Position numbers and translations under genes: made by a program | Shown: piece after piece, positions 1-11,134 of the stretch | Layout: every line of letters starts with the position of its first letter | Numbering within the stretch: the stretch's first letter is position 1 | Source: Basidiobolus meristosporus CBS 931.73 | Lineage: Eukaryota > Fungi > Basidiobolomycota | Reading direction: 5' to 3' | Length of the DNA stretch: 64,000 bases | Assembly (NCBI GenBank): GCA_002104905.1 | Contig: MCFE01000008.1 | Location: 124,001-188,000 of the forward strand | Notes under the pieces: model-generated | What the model was told of the DNA's origin: nothing | Seen by the model: the letters and a program-made list of their open reading frames with translations, nothing else | Database searches by the model: none

Positions 1-1377
1 CTTTTCCTTTATCACTGCCAGGTCTTTCACTGCTACTTTGTCTGAGTGCTTCTTGTAAAGAACTACGTTTTCTCCTGGATAAATTCTGCTCTGATGCATC
101 GGTTTTGGCCTGCTTGTCCCTTGCTGGCACTCTTCTGGCAACCTGACATTTCTTTTGAGCTTGTTTTGAGCTCTCAACTGTAGTTGTGACGGACTCCTGC
201 AAAAGTGACTGGTTTTTATCACTGCCAGGTCCTCCACTGCTACTTTGACTGGGTGCTTCTTGAGTGGTACTACACTTTGTCCTTGATAAATGTTGTGCTG
301 GTGCATCCATGTCTGCCTGCTCTCCTAAATTGGCACTCTTCCAGCTGCCTGACGTCTCTTTGACGCTTGTCTGGAGCTTTTGGCCCTGCTTGTGACAGGC
401 TCTTGAGGAAGCTGCTGGTTTTTAGCCATAGCACCCTTGTTCTTCTGCCTTTGATAGTTTCTGCTATTCTTAAGATACTTTCTTAGCATACCAATGCTGG
501 CCCAAAATCCGTTTGCCCATTTGAATCCAGGATAATGCTCATGGAACAAGTCAAGTGCATTCTGCTTGGCCTTGAGTTCCTGATGGTCCCATGGTATGCT
601 GGCCTTAAAGTGATGGTGTGCTAGACTTCTGACGGCCTCTTGTATATTAGCCCACTCTTCATTATTGCACTCAACGGCTTCACAGATCTTCAATGTCTTT
701 TGATTTTTAGGCTTTGGTATAAACACCACATTGTCTCCCTCCCATGCTGTGATAGGTTTTTCTGTGGGCTTTATCTTTGGGCACTGTTGCTGTGCTTCAA
801 AGACTGTACAGTGTTCCTCTGCTGTTACATCAGGAAATGGCTCAATTCTTGGCTGTGACATTGAGCTACTTGAGTTCCTTCTTTGCAGCAAAGATACTGC
901 TTTTTCTACCTGGGATATTGATTGCTCTACATGTATTATCTGCTCATCCTGTTTCTGGACTACTTCCTGATTTCTCTGGGCCATTGCATCTATCCTATCT
1001 GCCACTGTACCTAATTGCTTCATCAATGCTTTGGTATGTGCTGACAACATACTTACCAATATGGGTGGTGGTGATGTTATCATGGCCACTTGCTGATCTT
1101 CAACAGAGGGTACTGCATTTGCTACATTCTCATCTGCCTGAGCATGACAGTCAGCTTGTGGCTCCGCAGAGGTTCTCAATTGCCTACTTGACTGAGAGCC
1201 TGAGGAGTCCACATTACTACCTTCAATGGGCACACTGTCCACAGGGCCTTTTTTGGATGTAGCCCCGCTTGTTGTACTGAATGTCAAAGCAAGCTGTTGT
1301 CCAACTGTTCTTCTGTTGCCGTCAGCGGTGGGGTTTGGTTGAGAACCAGACAACTTTGCTTTATTTTTTGGCGGCAT
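1..1377 (-). pseudogene. Transposon-associated accessory ORF (probable CACTA/EnSpm second ORF), frameshifted near 325 and running off the window edge
   Basis: 350-aa ORF with coiled-coil heptads and a W..Q....A.....P.F.W...WA...ML..YLKN.R segment of the kind seen in fungal TE-linked proteins. It is divergent from the CACTA transposase and CpG-depleted. After an apparent 1-nt loss at about 325-332 the reading frame stays open to base 1. Confidence 0.5.
8..410. repeat. Degenerate tandem repeat, period 207 bp (69 codons), about 2 copies
   Basis: ATCACTGCCAGGTC..CACTGCTACTTTG.CTG.GTGCTTCTT occurs at 11 and 218, and similarity continues through the unit. Confidence 0.8.
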
Positions 1378-2052
1378 ATATATGGAAGTGAGTCAAACCA
1401 AAGGGGAAATAGTGTTACATATACATGTGTATGTGGTGCCACAACTTTATTTATAATGCTTACTATGGCGGGTCATCATTGAATCTTAAATTCATGTAGG
1501 TGCAATGTCTCAAGTACAAGACTGTCTTAAGTTCACATGAGTATTGACCAAAAAGTGATATAATAGCGTTATGTTGTTGAAGGTCAAACTGTTTGCCCCA
1601 TGGACAAGACTACTTTGACTTAACGCCGTAAGAGAAGAGAAAAAAGACCATGTGGCTACTGTGGCAAGCCTCTCAGCCATGAAGCACGCAGACAGCATAG
1701 GAAGTATTACAAGGATCACCACCAGTGTTTTGCCACCCAAGTCATATTTGACCATTCATTGGTCACTACTGTACCAACATTATCTTGCCGGCCAGTTGAT
1801 ACTTCTATATTGGCACCTGGCCGTCTTTGTCACCTTGCGCAAACTGAGTTAGGTGAGTTTGTGACGCCTTTAGGCTCACCTCAGCCTTCTGAATATGGCA
1901 TGCAGAGTGCTAGCTCTGACAAAGAAGGTTCATTGATGGATTTTGAGCCTATCTTCCCTAACAACAGTACCACATATGAGCCCGGTCATATCCCTATATG
2001 CAATGAGACAACACCCATTGAGACAAATGCCAAGGATACTTTATGGAGCTAA

Positions 2053-3930
2053 GTGAGCCCAGTAATCCATCTACTGGTGAATGATGTGATGTTGTGGCTA
2101 GAGAAGTGGCGCATTTCCACTAATATCAGTAATGGGGGCTTTGAGGATTTATTACTACTTCTTGCCAAAATCATACCGGGATGCAACTTACCATGTACAT
2201 GGTACAAGTGGACAACCGTCATGCGGCTGGCAACATATGATCCAGAGACTGTCCTGATTCCAGCATGTGTTAACAGTTGCATGGCATTCACATCCAAAAA
2301 TGCTACCATTGCAACATGTCCAAATTGTCAGGAATCCACCACCATTGAGGGAAAACATTGTTCACACTCCAGATATATTCCGGTCATACCCCATCTGAGG
2401 AAGCTGATGCAGTCTGACAAATATTGCAAAGCTATACAGTACCACACTCAGTATCAATCAAGCGCAAACATATCCAATATATTTGATGGCAAACATTACA
2501 AACAGCTAAGAAGCAAGGGCTACTTTGAAGGTATGTATGACCATGCCTTTGCTTTAGCACTTGATGGATTCTCATAAACAAATAATCTACCAGCAAATCC
2601 TGCTGGCTACTGATTCTCATCAATCTGAATCTGCCACCCATCTTACGGTATCAGAGCAATAATCTGATGGTAGTCTCACTGGTATCTGGGCCTAAATCAC
2701 CGTCCAACCTGGATAGCTACCTGTATCCATTGCTGAATGAATTTTGTATGCTTTCCAGCGGGATAACGGTGAATGGCCATTATGTAAAAGCACATATTAT
2801 TATCTGCATTGGAGATACCCCAGCCATCAGCAAGATAGCAGGTATTTCCGGGCACAATGGACGGTATTGCTGTCAAATGTGTGAGATCCAGGGGATTTAC
2901 TCCATAACTCACACACATTATTATTACCCAAACACCAGCACTAAGAACATCATCTTTCCACAGAGAGAATGTATAGAAGTAAGCATGCAATTGCAGCAAA
3001 GTTGGCAAGCTATAAGCCATTGGCCAGAATATGAAATCAATTGGAAACCGGAGATACTTAAGATAGAAGGTATCTGTTGGAGCAAAAGCTTTCCACTGGG
3101 AGCAATGCATTTACTTTTCAACAATATCCCTATACTGATGACCAAGTTGTACATGGGGCATTTCAAGCTAAATGAGCCCTTTGAGATACCGGAGAAATTT
3201 GAGAAAATTGGTAAGATATTACAGAGTATCCGCTACCCATAGTACTTCTCACAGGCTCCAATTAATATTCATACGCATATGCATCAATACAAATGCAAAG
3301 ACTGGATGAACTGGATATGTATTTATTCAAGTGGTGTTCTGAAGCCATTCCTGCCAAGAGTATGTTGGAAGCATTGGGAGTCATATGTGGACATTGTAGG
3401 AATATTTATCCAGAAGCGGATCACCAATGCCAATTTGATGCATCTACAGCTGTTGTGTGAGGAGTTTGCGACGGGATTTGCAAGGCTATACTACAAACAT
3501 AAAGCTGAACATGTAGATCTCTGCCGCTACTGTATCCATTCTCTACTCCATCTTGCACGGTGTGTGGAGAATATTGGGCCTTGCTTCACCTTTTGGGAGT
3601 TTCCTATGGAGCAGATGTGTAGGGAGATAGGAAGACGAGTCAAGTTGCAGGTACTACCATATCCCAATCTCATCAAGAATATTAGACTTGTTCCATCATT
3701 CCAGCTGATCATAGTGCCCAATAGTGCCATAGCATGCCAGATGGTGCCTGATCATGCCACAGAGTGCCAGATGGTGCCACAGAGTGCCAATTTGGGATCA
3801 AAATTGTCATGCATATGACCCTAAAATGTCAAATCAATAACAAAATATACAGCACTTTCTGGCACTATGATCAATGGCACAATGGAACAAGTCTATTATC
3901 TTCAAGTCCGTCATGGATGTAGTTTTTTTT
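2053..3930 (+). mobile_element. CACTA/EnSpm (Transposase_21/Tnp2-like) transposase, decayed
   Basis: Split ORFs 2053-2577, 2667-3242 and 3279-3684 carry family motifs: ALALDGF, LVSGPKSPSNLDSYLYPLLNEF, GDTPAISK..G..GHNGRYCCQMC, AMHLLFNNI, HSLLHLA.CV...GP...FWEFPMEQ. There are in-frame stops, and the 3' end is interrupted by a MITE. Confidence 0.85.
3685..3893. mobile_element. 209-bp MITE with ~34-bp imperfect TIRs and TA target duplication
   Basis: Left end is GACTTGTTCCATcattccagcTGATCATAGTGCC; the reverse complement of the right end is GACTTGTTCCATtgtgccatTGATCATAGTGCC. TA flanks both ends (3683-3684, 3894-3895). Internal repeats TGCCAGATGGTGCC and GCCACAGAGTGCCA. Confidence 0.8.
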
Positions 3931-4453
3931 TCTGATTCAAGCTATATGTGGAATACCCAAGGTATTAGTGGGTAAGCAAATAAAGAAAGGTGATTCTACA
4001 GTGGAATATATGAATTGCACAAGGGGAGGTAGAAAAGGGAAATACCATTTGGTAAATTGGTATGGTAGCATTATACATAACTAGCAGCAGGCCGTCATAC
4101 TGCCAAAAAAAAGCCATCAGAGTCTTGCTGTGAGGCCGTCAAAATACCGTCAAGTTTCTTGCCATATGAGGCAATTGGAAGTCCTGGCCAACCGGATCCA
4201 CTTAAAATAGTAATAGAGCGCTGAAAGACCGCAACAATCACATGCAAATATTGACACAGCACTGATCAAAAATTGTCAAGTTTTATCCCTTTATTTGGCT
4301 GAAAAATTCGCAAAACACTATCATGATCTTGTTATAAGATTGTCAGGAGGGTCACTAATTCCAAGCTGCTGTTATTATGGTGGTCTCTCAACAGGATCTT
4401 GACGGATGAACCGGATTGGATCCACATGCAGGACCAAATTATTTTTCATAGGG

Positions 4454-5737
4454 CAATGGCAGTGGGACATTTTGGTACTGCTAAAACCATGAATGCAATC
4501 AAGAGAGACTTCTGGTGGTCCAAGATGATATCTCTTGTCAAGGAGTACCTCCAATCCTGTGACACATGTAACTGTGTAAAATCTGCTAGACACCAGCCAT
4601 ATGGACTTCTCCAACCCTTGCCAATCCCTGACCAGCAGTGGAAGTCAATTTCAATGGACTTCATCACCAACCTCTCAGAATCCAACCAATTCAATTCAAT
4701 CCTAGTAGTGGCAGATTGACTCACCAAAATGGCTCATTTCATTCCCTGCTCAAAAAACATAGATGCTAAGGAGACTGCCCACTTAGTGATCAAGAGCATT
4801 CTCCAGCTCCATGGTATCCCCAGTGACATTGTATCAGATAGAGAACCCCAGTTCATATCAGAATTCTGGAAGCACTTCATGCAATCTCTTGGTGTGCAAG
4901 ACAAGCTCTCAACTGCTATTCATCCACAGTCAGATGGCCAGACAGAGAGATTCACCAGATCCTTGAACAATACCTCCGGTGCTATATTAACTATCAGCAA
5001 GACAACTGGACCCAACTGCCACCACTTGCAGAATTTGCCTACAACAACTCATGTCATAGTACAACAGGTCTCACCCCATTCTATGCAAATTATGGTTTTC
5101 ATCAGCAATTTGATATTCAGATCCCAACTAGCCCTATGAGCCCCCCCCAGCAGCTGAACATGCATTAACAATTCTAGAAATCCAAGAAATACTCAAGAAA
5201 GAACTATCCTTAGCCCATGAGGGGTACAAGAAGTCTGCAGACAACAAACAGCAGCCTAGCTCCAAGCTTAATGAAGGATACTCAGTATGGCTCTTGAGAA
5301 GAGATATTGCTACCAGCCACCCTTGTGATAAATTAGACTACAAGTAACTAGGTCCATTCAAGATCAAGAAGAAACTTAGTCTAATTGTGTACCAACTTCA
5401 ATTGCCACCAAGTATGAAAATTCATGATACATTCCACATATCCTTCCTAGAACCATTCCATCAAAGTCCTCTGCCCAACCAGCACCCTGCAAATCCCCCA
5501 GCCATCCAAGTGGACAAACACCAAGAGTTTGAGGTTCAGCAAGTATTGGACTCAAAGTACAACAGATCCCAACTTCACTATCTGGTAGATTGGGTGGGTT
5601 ATGGCCCAAATGATCAAACTTGGGAACCAGCAGCAAACCTAACAAACTGCCAAGATCTAGTTGTGCTATTCCACCAGATATACCCCAACAAGCCTAAGCC
5701 AAAAGCTTGCAGAGAGCCCCTCAAAAAAGGAGAATAG
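4454..5737 (+). mobile_element. 5'-truncated copy of the Ty3/Gypsy chromovirus (integrase + chromodomain) directly upstream of LTR1
   Basis: Near-identical to 9852-11134 (offset about 5397-5398). Integrase motifs GHFG..KT...I.RDFWW, CDTC and WKSISMDFIT; the chromodomain ORF 5387-5737 ends at the PPT/LTR. Confidence 0.92.
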
Positions 5738-6264
5738 TGTCATGATCACATGACATCCCTGGTCTCCAATTATCTAGCCAAATCAAGTCAGTGAAGAAAT
5801 CCCAGTTCCTTCTAGAAAGTTCAACTACATTCTAGCAACTTCTTGAAAGCTCCAAGTCAATGTTGCACAACAGAACATTCTATGGAAGCTTCCCATTAGA
5901 GTCTATGTAGTCCCATGCCATGTATGGTAACTACATGTCACATGACATAGTCACATGATCAGCTGACCCCTGACATATCTCCATGTGATATTCCAGTCTG
6001 TTCTTTAGTATATGCTATCTTGGCACACTTACTGTGCCTCACCCCAGAACCCCATCAGTATTAGCCAATATCTCTTGGCATCCATATTGCCAAAAAGTAT
6101 ATATAGTCCTATCCCCCCTTATGTATTCCTCAGTCTGATAACACAGGTCTTGAATAAACTGCCTTGCCTTGGAAATCTGCCTTGCCTTATTGATCCACAC
6201 CTAAGTCCTTTCCTGGTCCTGCCTTACCTAGCCCTACTCTCCTGCCTTGTGTCTATTCAAAACA
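5738..6264 (+). repeat. LTR1 (527 bp), shared as 3' LTR of the upstream copy and 5' LTR of the downstream copy
   Basis: Starts TGTCATGATC directly after the PPT and TAG stop, ends TTCAAAACA. TATATATA at 6098-6105 and AATAAA at 6153-6158. About 97% identical to 11135-11662. Confidence 0.93.
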
Positions 6265-6267
6265 GTT

Positions 6268-6278
6268 TTATCAGACTG
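6268..6278 (+). promoter_or_regulatory. Self-priming primer-binding site (Tf1-type)
   Basis: TTATCAGACTG, starting 4 nt after the LTR1 end, is the exact reverse complement of CAGTCTGATAA at 6131-6141 inside the LTR, just downstream of the TATA box. Confidence 0.8.
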
Positions 6279-6682
6279 CTCCTGACTTACCTGTGGATAT
6301 TTGCCTTCTACCCAAAGTTCCTGAGAAGAACTTGTAAAGGAATACCTGCCGTAAGCATCATCCTGAATCTTTCCCAGTCTTGTCCTCTAAAGGCAAAGTT
6401 ACTTTATCTATGTAAGATTATTAGCCAAAGCTGCATTCACTTTATTACCCTGCTGGTGTAGTTTACAGTTGTTACAGTATTGGAAGCTTTAGTACAATCC
6501 TCCATCAAAGGACGTTAAAGCCAGTACCTTCTGAAGTGACACTAACTTATTCAGAGTTGGGGATTGTGGCTCAATAATTGTATTCTTGATAAACAAGTGG
6601 CTGTATAACCCACAAATTAGCTAGCAATATCCAGTATTCCTGAACAAGTCCAAGAGACTTCTCTGCCTCCTGCTACCTTGAC

Positions 6683-7588
6683 ATGTCCAGCCCAGAGTAT
6701 AACTTTGCAAGTCTCATTGCTGCCTTTGCCCAGCTGCAACAAGACAATGCAGACCTCAGAGACTCTGTTGCTCAGCTCCAGAGCTAAAGTGCTCAACAGC
6801 CTATCCAGGCACCCTCCTACCATGATTGCAAGAACACTTCCACTACCAAGTTTAGTGGCTCCCAGAATGAATTCCAAGGTTTCATCAATATAGTGAAACA
6901 CCACTTGTCACCACAGCCCAATTGGTTCCCTACAGATCAAGCTAAAGTTGGTTATATCTCTAACCTGCTGACTGGAACTGCCCAGATATGGTTCTCCCCT
7001 TTGGTGGAAACCAACTCCCCTCTACTCAGCAACTACAATGCCTTCCTCACAGAAATGGAGCTAACATTTGGCAACATTGACCAAGCTAGAACTGCTGCCA
7101 ACAAGATCAAGAGCTTGAAGCAAGGAAACAGACCTGCATCCGTGTATGCTTCTGAATTCCGGCTGCTAGCCAGTGATTTGAGCCTATGGGGTGACACTGC
7201 CCTGACTAGTCAATTTCAGGATGGGCTCAATGATGAAGTCAGTGACCTATTTCTCACTCTCCCTTACCAAACCACCTTGGGCAAAGCTATTCATCAAGCA
7301 ATCCATTGTGACAATTGTCTTTTCCAGAAGAAACAGAAATTCCAACATACTTATCAGCCAACCTCCTTTGCAGTAATCCAGTCACCCAATACTAAGCCTG
7401 ATGATCCTATGCAAATTGACAGAGCTAAATATAAGAAACTCACAAAAGAAGAAAGATCTAGATGTCAACAGGCAAACCTCTGCCTTTACTGTTACCAGCC
7501 AGGCCACTTTGCTAAGTCTTGTCCTAACAAGAAGTCCAGCTTCAAACTCCTGCAATCATTCAGTGAACAATCTTCTCCTGAATTATAA
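6683..7588 (+). pseudogene. Gypsy gag (PEG10/Sushi-like), one premature TAA near 6785
   Basis: ATG at 6683 (MSSPEYNF...) is in frame with ORF 6893-7588. Motifs KFSGSQNEFQGFI, FPTDQAKVGYISNLLTG, DPMQID and the CCHC knuckle. Confidence 0.85.
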
Positions 7589-10500
7589 GGAAACTCCAAT
7601 GTCCAGTTACAATGACAGGCTTGCAACTGGACCCTCCAATGAAAATTCAGCACATTCAAGAAACATCATATGCTACCAAGTCCATCCAGTCCTTAAGAAT
7701 GCCTGTCAGCATCCACATCCCTGAATCCAACCCTGTCTGTGTCCTCATCCTCATAGATTCTGGTCCTTCCTCCTGTTTCATTGACCAGTCATTTGTCCAG
7801 AAGCACAAAATTGCCACTCTCCTGAAATCCTGTCCTGTCCAAGTAGAAGTTATTGATAGAAGGTCCCTCTCTTCCAGTGCTGTTACCCATGAGACCTGTC
7901 TACTCCAGGTGTCCAGTACTAGTCACCATAAGACACTAGCCTTCAACATTATCAACTCTCCCCATTACTCCATAGTCCTTGGAAGCTCATGGCTAAGTCA
8001 CCATAACCCAGCTATCAACTGGAAGACCAAAATCCTGACATTCCCCAGAATCCACCATGTCAACTCCATGAAACCACCTGATTTTTCAGGTAAAGAAGTA
8101 TCCTTTCCTAAGCTACCCCAGACATAGGAGCCCATCATCACTGAAGGAACCCCCTTCAATGGAATACCTGCCAATTATCAAGAGTTTGCCCATGTCTTTG
8201 ACAAGAAGAAAGCCAAACTACTCCCAGCCCATAGACCCTATGATTGTCCCATGAACCTTGAAGATGGAAAAACTCCACCTTTTGGTCCTATTTACAACCT
8301 CTTGCAACCCAAGCTGAAAGAACTCCATGGCTATATTCAAGAAAACCTCCAGAAAGGTTTTTTCAGCACTCTAAGTCCCCAGCTGGTGCCCCAATCCTCT
8401 TTGTCAAAAAAAGGATGGCACCCTAAGAATGTGTGTAGACTACTGTGCACTGAATAAGATCATAATCAAGAACTGGTACCCTTTACCCTTGATCAACACC
8501 CTGTTGGATCAACTCTCTGCTGCCAAAGTATTTACCAAGATTGACCTCAGAGGAGCATATAACCTTGTCAGGATCAAGCCTGGTGATGAATGGAAAACTG
8601 CACTCAGAACAAGATACAGTCATTTTGAGTCAAAAGTTATGCCATTTGGTCTCACCAATGCCCCAGCAGTCTTTCAACACCTGATGAATGACATCTTCCA
8701 AAAATACCTTGACCAATTTGTGGTTATCTACCTTGATGACATCTTGATCTACACCAAGACACAACAAGAACATAATTCCCATGTCAAGAAAGTCTTGACC
8801 AAACTTGACACTGCTGGCCTCTATGCCAAATTGGAGAAGTATGAGTTTGACCAGAAAGAAGTTGAGTTCTTAGGCTATCTTATCAGCTCAAATGGAACAA
8901 GAGTGGACCCCAAGAAAGTAGAAGCCATCCAGTCATGAAAACCTCCCAGTTCTGTAAAAGAAGTGCAGTCCTTCCTTGGATTTGCCAACTTTTATTGTAG
9001 ATTTTTTGCCAACTACTCCAAGATAGTCACTCCCTTGACAAAGCTCACCCAGAAGAATCTGCCCTTTGCCTAGAATGAGGAACAGTCCAAGTCCAATAAT
9101 TCCATCAAGAAGTCCTTCCTATATGCTCCCCTGCTTGCTCACCCTGACCTTGAGGAACCTTTCATCATAGAAACTGATGCCTCTGACTTTGCACTTTGTG
9201 CAATCCTTTCCCAGTACAATGACAAGAATGTACTACATCCTATTGCATTCTACTCCTGGAAATTTACTCTGGCTGAAGTAGACTATGATATCCATGATAA
9301 GGAACTACTTGCAATCATTGTTGCCTTTGAGCAATGGAGACACTACCTTGACAGTGCAGCCCAAAAGATAAAGATCTTCTGTGACCACAAGAACCTTGAT
9401 TACTTTACAACCTCAAAAGTACTGAACCAAAGACAAGCCTGATGGTCCCTCTTCCTATCCAGCTTTGACTTTGTCATTACCTATAAACCAGGAATCATAC
9501 AGGGAAAATCTGATGCCCAGTCCAGAAAGGTGGAGTATTCCCTTGAAGAAGGGGATGATGCCTGTTGGCAAATGAAAAACCCAGTACTCAACAGAAGACA
9601 CTTTGAGCTCCTTGCAACCCAGTTGTGCAGAATTATTGCTCCCTCACTCCTTGAGAAAGTCAAGGCCAGCCAAGCCACCAGTTCCATAGCCACAACAATC
9701 AAGAAATATCTCAAATCCTCCACTGAACCACCACCCTAGTTCCCAAACCTCCAGTACCTACATCAAGTCAATGACATCATCTACCACAAACACCAACTGT
9801 TTGTTCCAGACCTTGATACCCAGTTGGATATTATCCATTCTTGCCATGACTCAATGGCTGTGGGACACTTTGGTACTGCTAAAACCATGAATGCAAACAA
9901 GAGAGACTTCTGGTGGCCAAAGATGATATCTCTTGTCAAGGAGTACCTTCAATCCTGTGATACATGTAACTGTGTAAAATCTGCTAGACACCAGCCATAT
10001 GGACTTTTCCAGCCCTTGCCAATCCCTGACCAGCAGTGGAAGTCAATTTCAATGGACTTCATCACCAACCTCTCAGAATCCAACCAATTCAATTCAATCC
10101 TAGTAGTGGCAGATTGGCTCACTAAGATGGCTCACTTCATTCCCTGCTCAAAAAACATAGATGCTAAGGAGACTGCCCACTTAGTGATCAAGAGCATTTT
10201 CCAGCTCCATAGTATCCCCAGTGACATTGTATCAGATAGAGGACCCCAGTTCATATCAAAATTCTGGAAGCACTTCATGCAATCTCTTGGTGTGCAAGTC
10301 AAGCTCTCAACCGCTTTTCATCCACAGTCAGATGGCCAGACAGAGAGAATTCACCAGATCCTTGAACAATACCTCTGGTGCTATATTAACTATCAGCAAG
10401 ACAACTGGACCCAACTGCTACCGCTTGCAGAATTTGCCTACAACAACTCATGTCATAGTACAACAGGTCTCACCCGATTCTATGCAAATTATGGTTTTCA

Positions 10501-11134
10501 TCTGCAATTTGATGTTCAGATCCCAACCAACCATATGAGCCCCCCAGCAGCTGAACATGCGTCAACAATTCTAGAAATCCAAGAAATACTCAACAATGAA
10601 CTATCCTTAGCCCATCAGGGGTACAAGAAGTTTGCAGACAACAAACAGCAGCCTAGCCCCAAGCATAATAAAGGAGACTCAGTATGGCTGTTGAGAAGAG
10701 AAATTGCTACCAGCCACCCTTGTGACAAATAAGACTACAAGTAACCAGGTCCATTCAAGATCAAGAAGAAACTTAGTCCAATTGTGTACCAACTTCAGTT
10801 GCCACCAATTATGAAAATTCATGATACATTCCACATATCCCTCCTAGAACCATTCCATCAAAGTCCTCTACCCAACCAGCACCCTGCAAATCCCCCAGCC
10901 ATCCAAGTGGACAAACACCAAGAGTTTGAGGTTCAGCAAGTATTGGACTCAAAGTACAACAGATCCCAACTTCACTATCTGGTAGATTGGGTGGGTTATG
11001 GCCCAAATGATCAAACTTGGGAACCAGCAGCAAACCTAACAAACTGCCAAGATCTAGTTGTGCTATTCCACCAGATATACCCCAACAAGCCTAAGCCAAA
11101 AGCTTGCAGAGAGCCCCTCAAAAAAGGAGAATAG
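7588..11134 (+). pseudogene. Gypsy pol (PR-RT-RNaseH-IN-chromodomain), in the -1 frame relative to gag, fragmented
   Basis: ORF pieces 7612-8127, 8251-8457, 8429-8938, 9530-9739, 9824-10732 and 10784-11134 carry canonical domain motifs. Confidence 0.92.
11120..11131 (+). promoter_or_regulatory. Polypurine tract of the chromovirus (also at 5723-5734)
   Basis: AAAAAAGGAGAA lies immediately before TAG and the LTR TG, overlapping the last codons (KKGE) of the chromodomain ORF. Confidence 0.8.

Noticed and set aside
4316-4330. CACTA pentamer as a possible transposon terminus
   Set aside because: No matching TIR partner or 3-bp TSD was found. The only TAGTG candidate (5735) is the chromodomain stop/LTR junction and matches just 6 bp.
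5345-5351. TAA CTA G as a programmed readthrough signal before the chromodomain
   Set aside because: The second copy has TAA CCA, the position is normally a sense codon, and the element is full of decay stops. Treated as a shared lesion.
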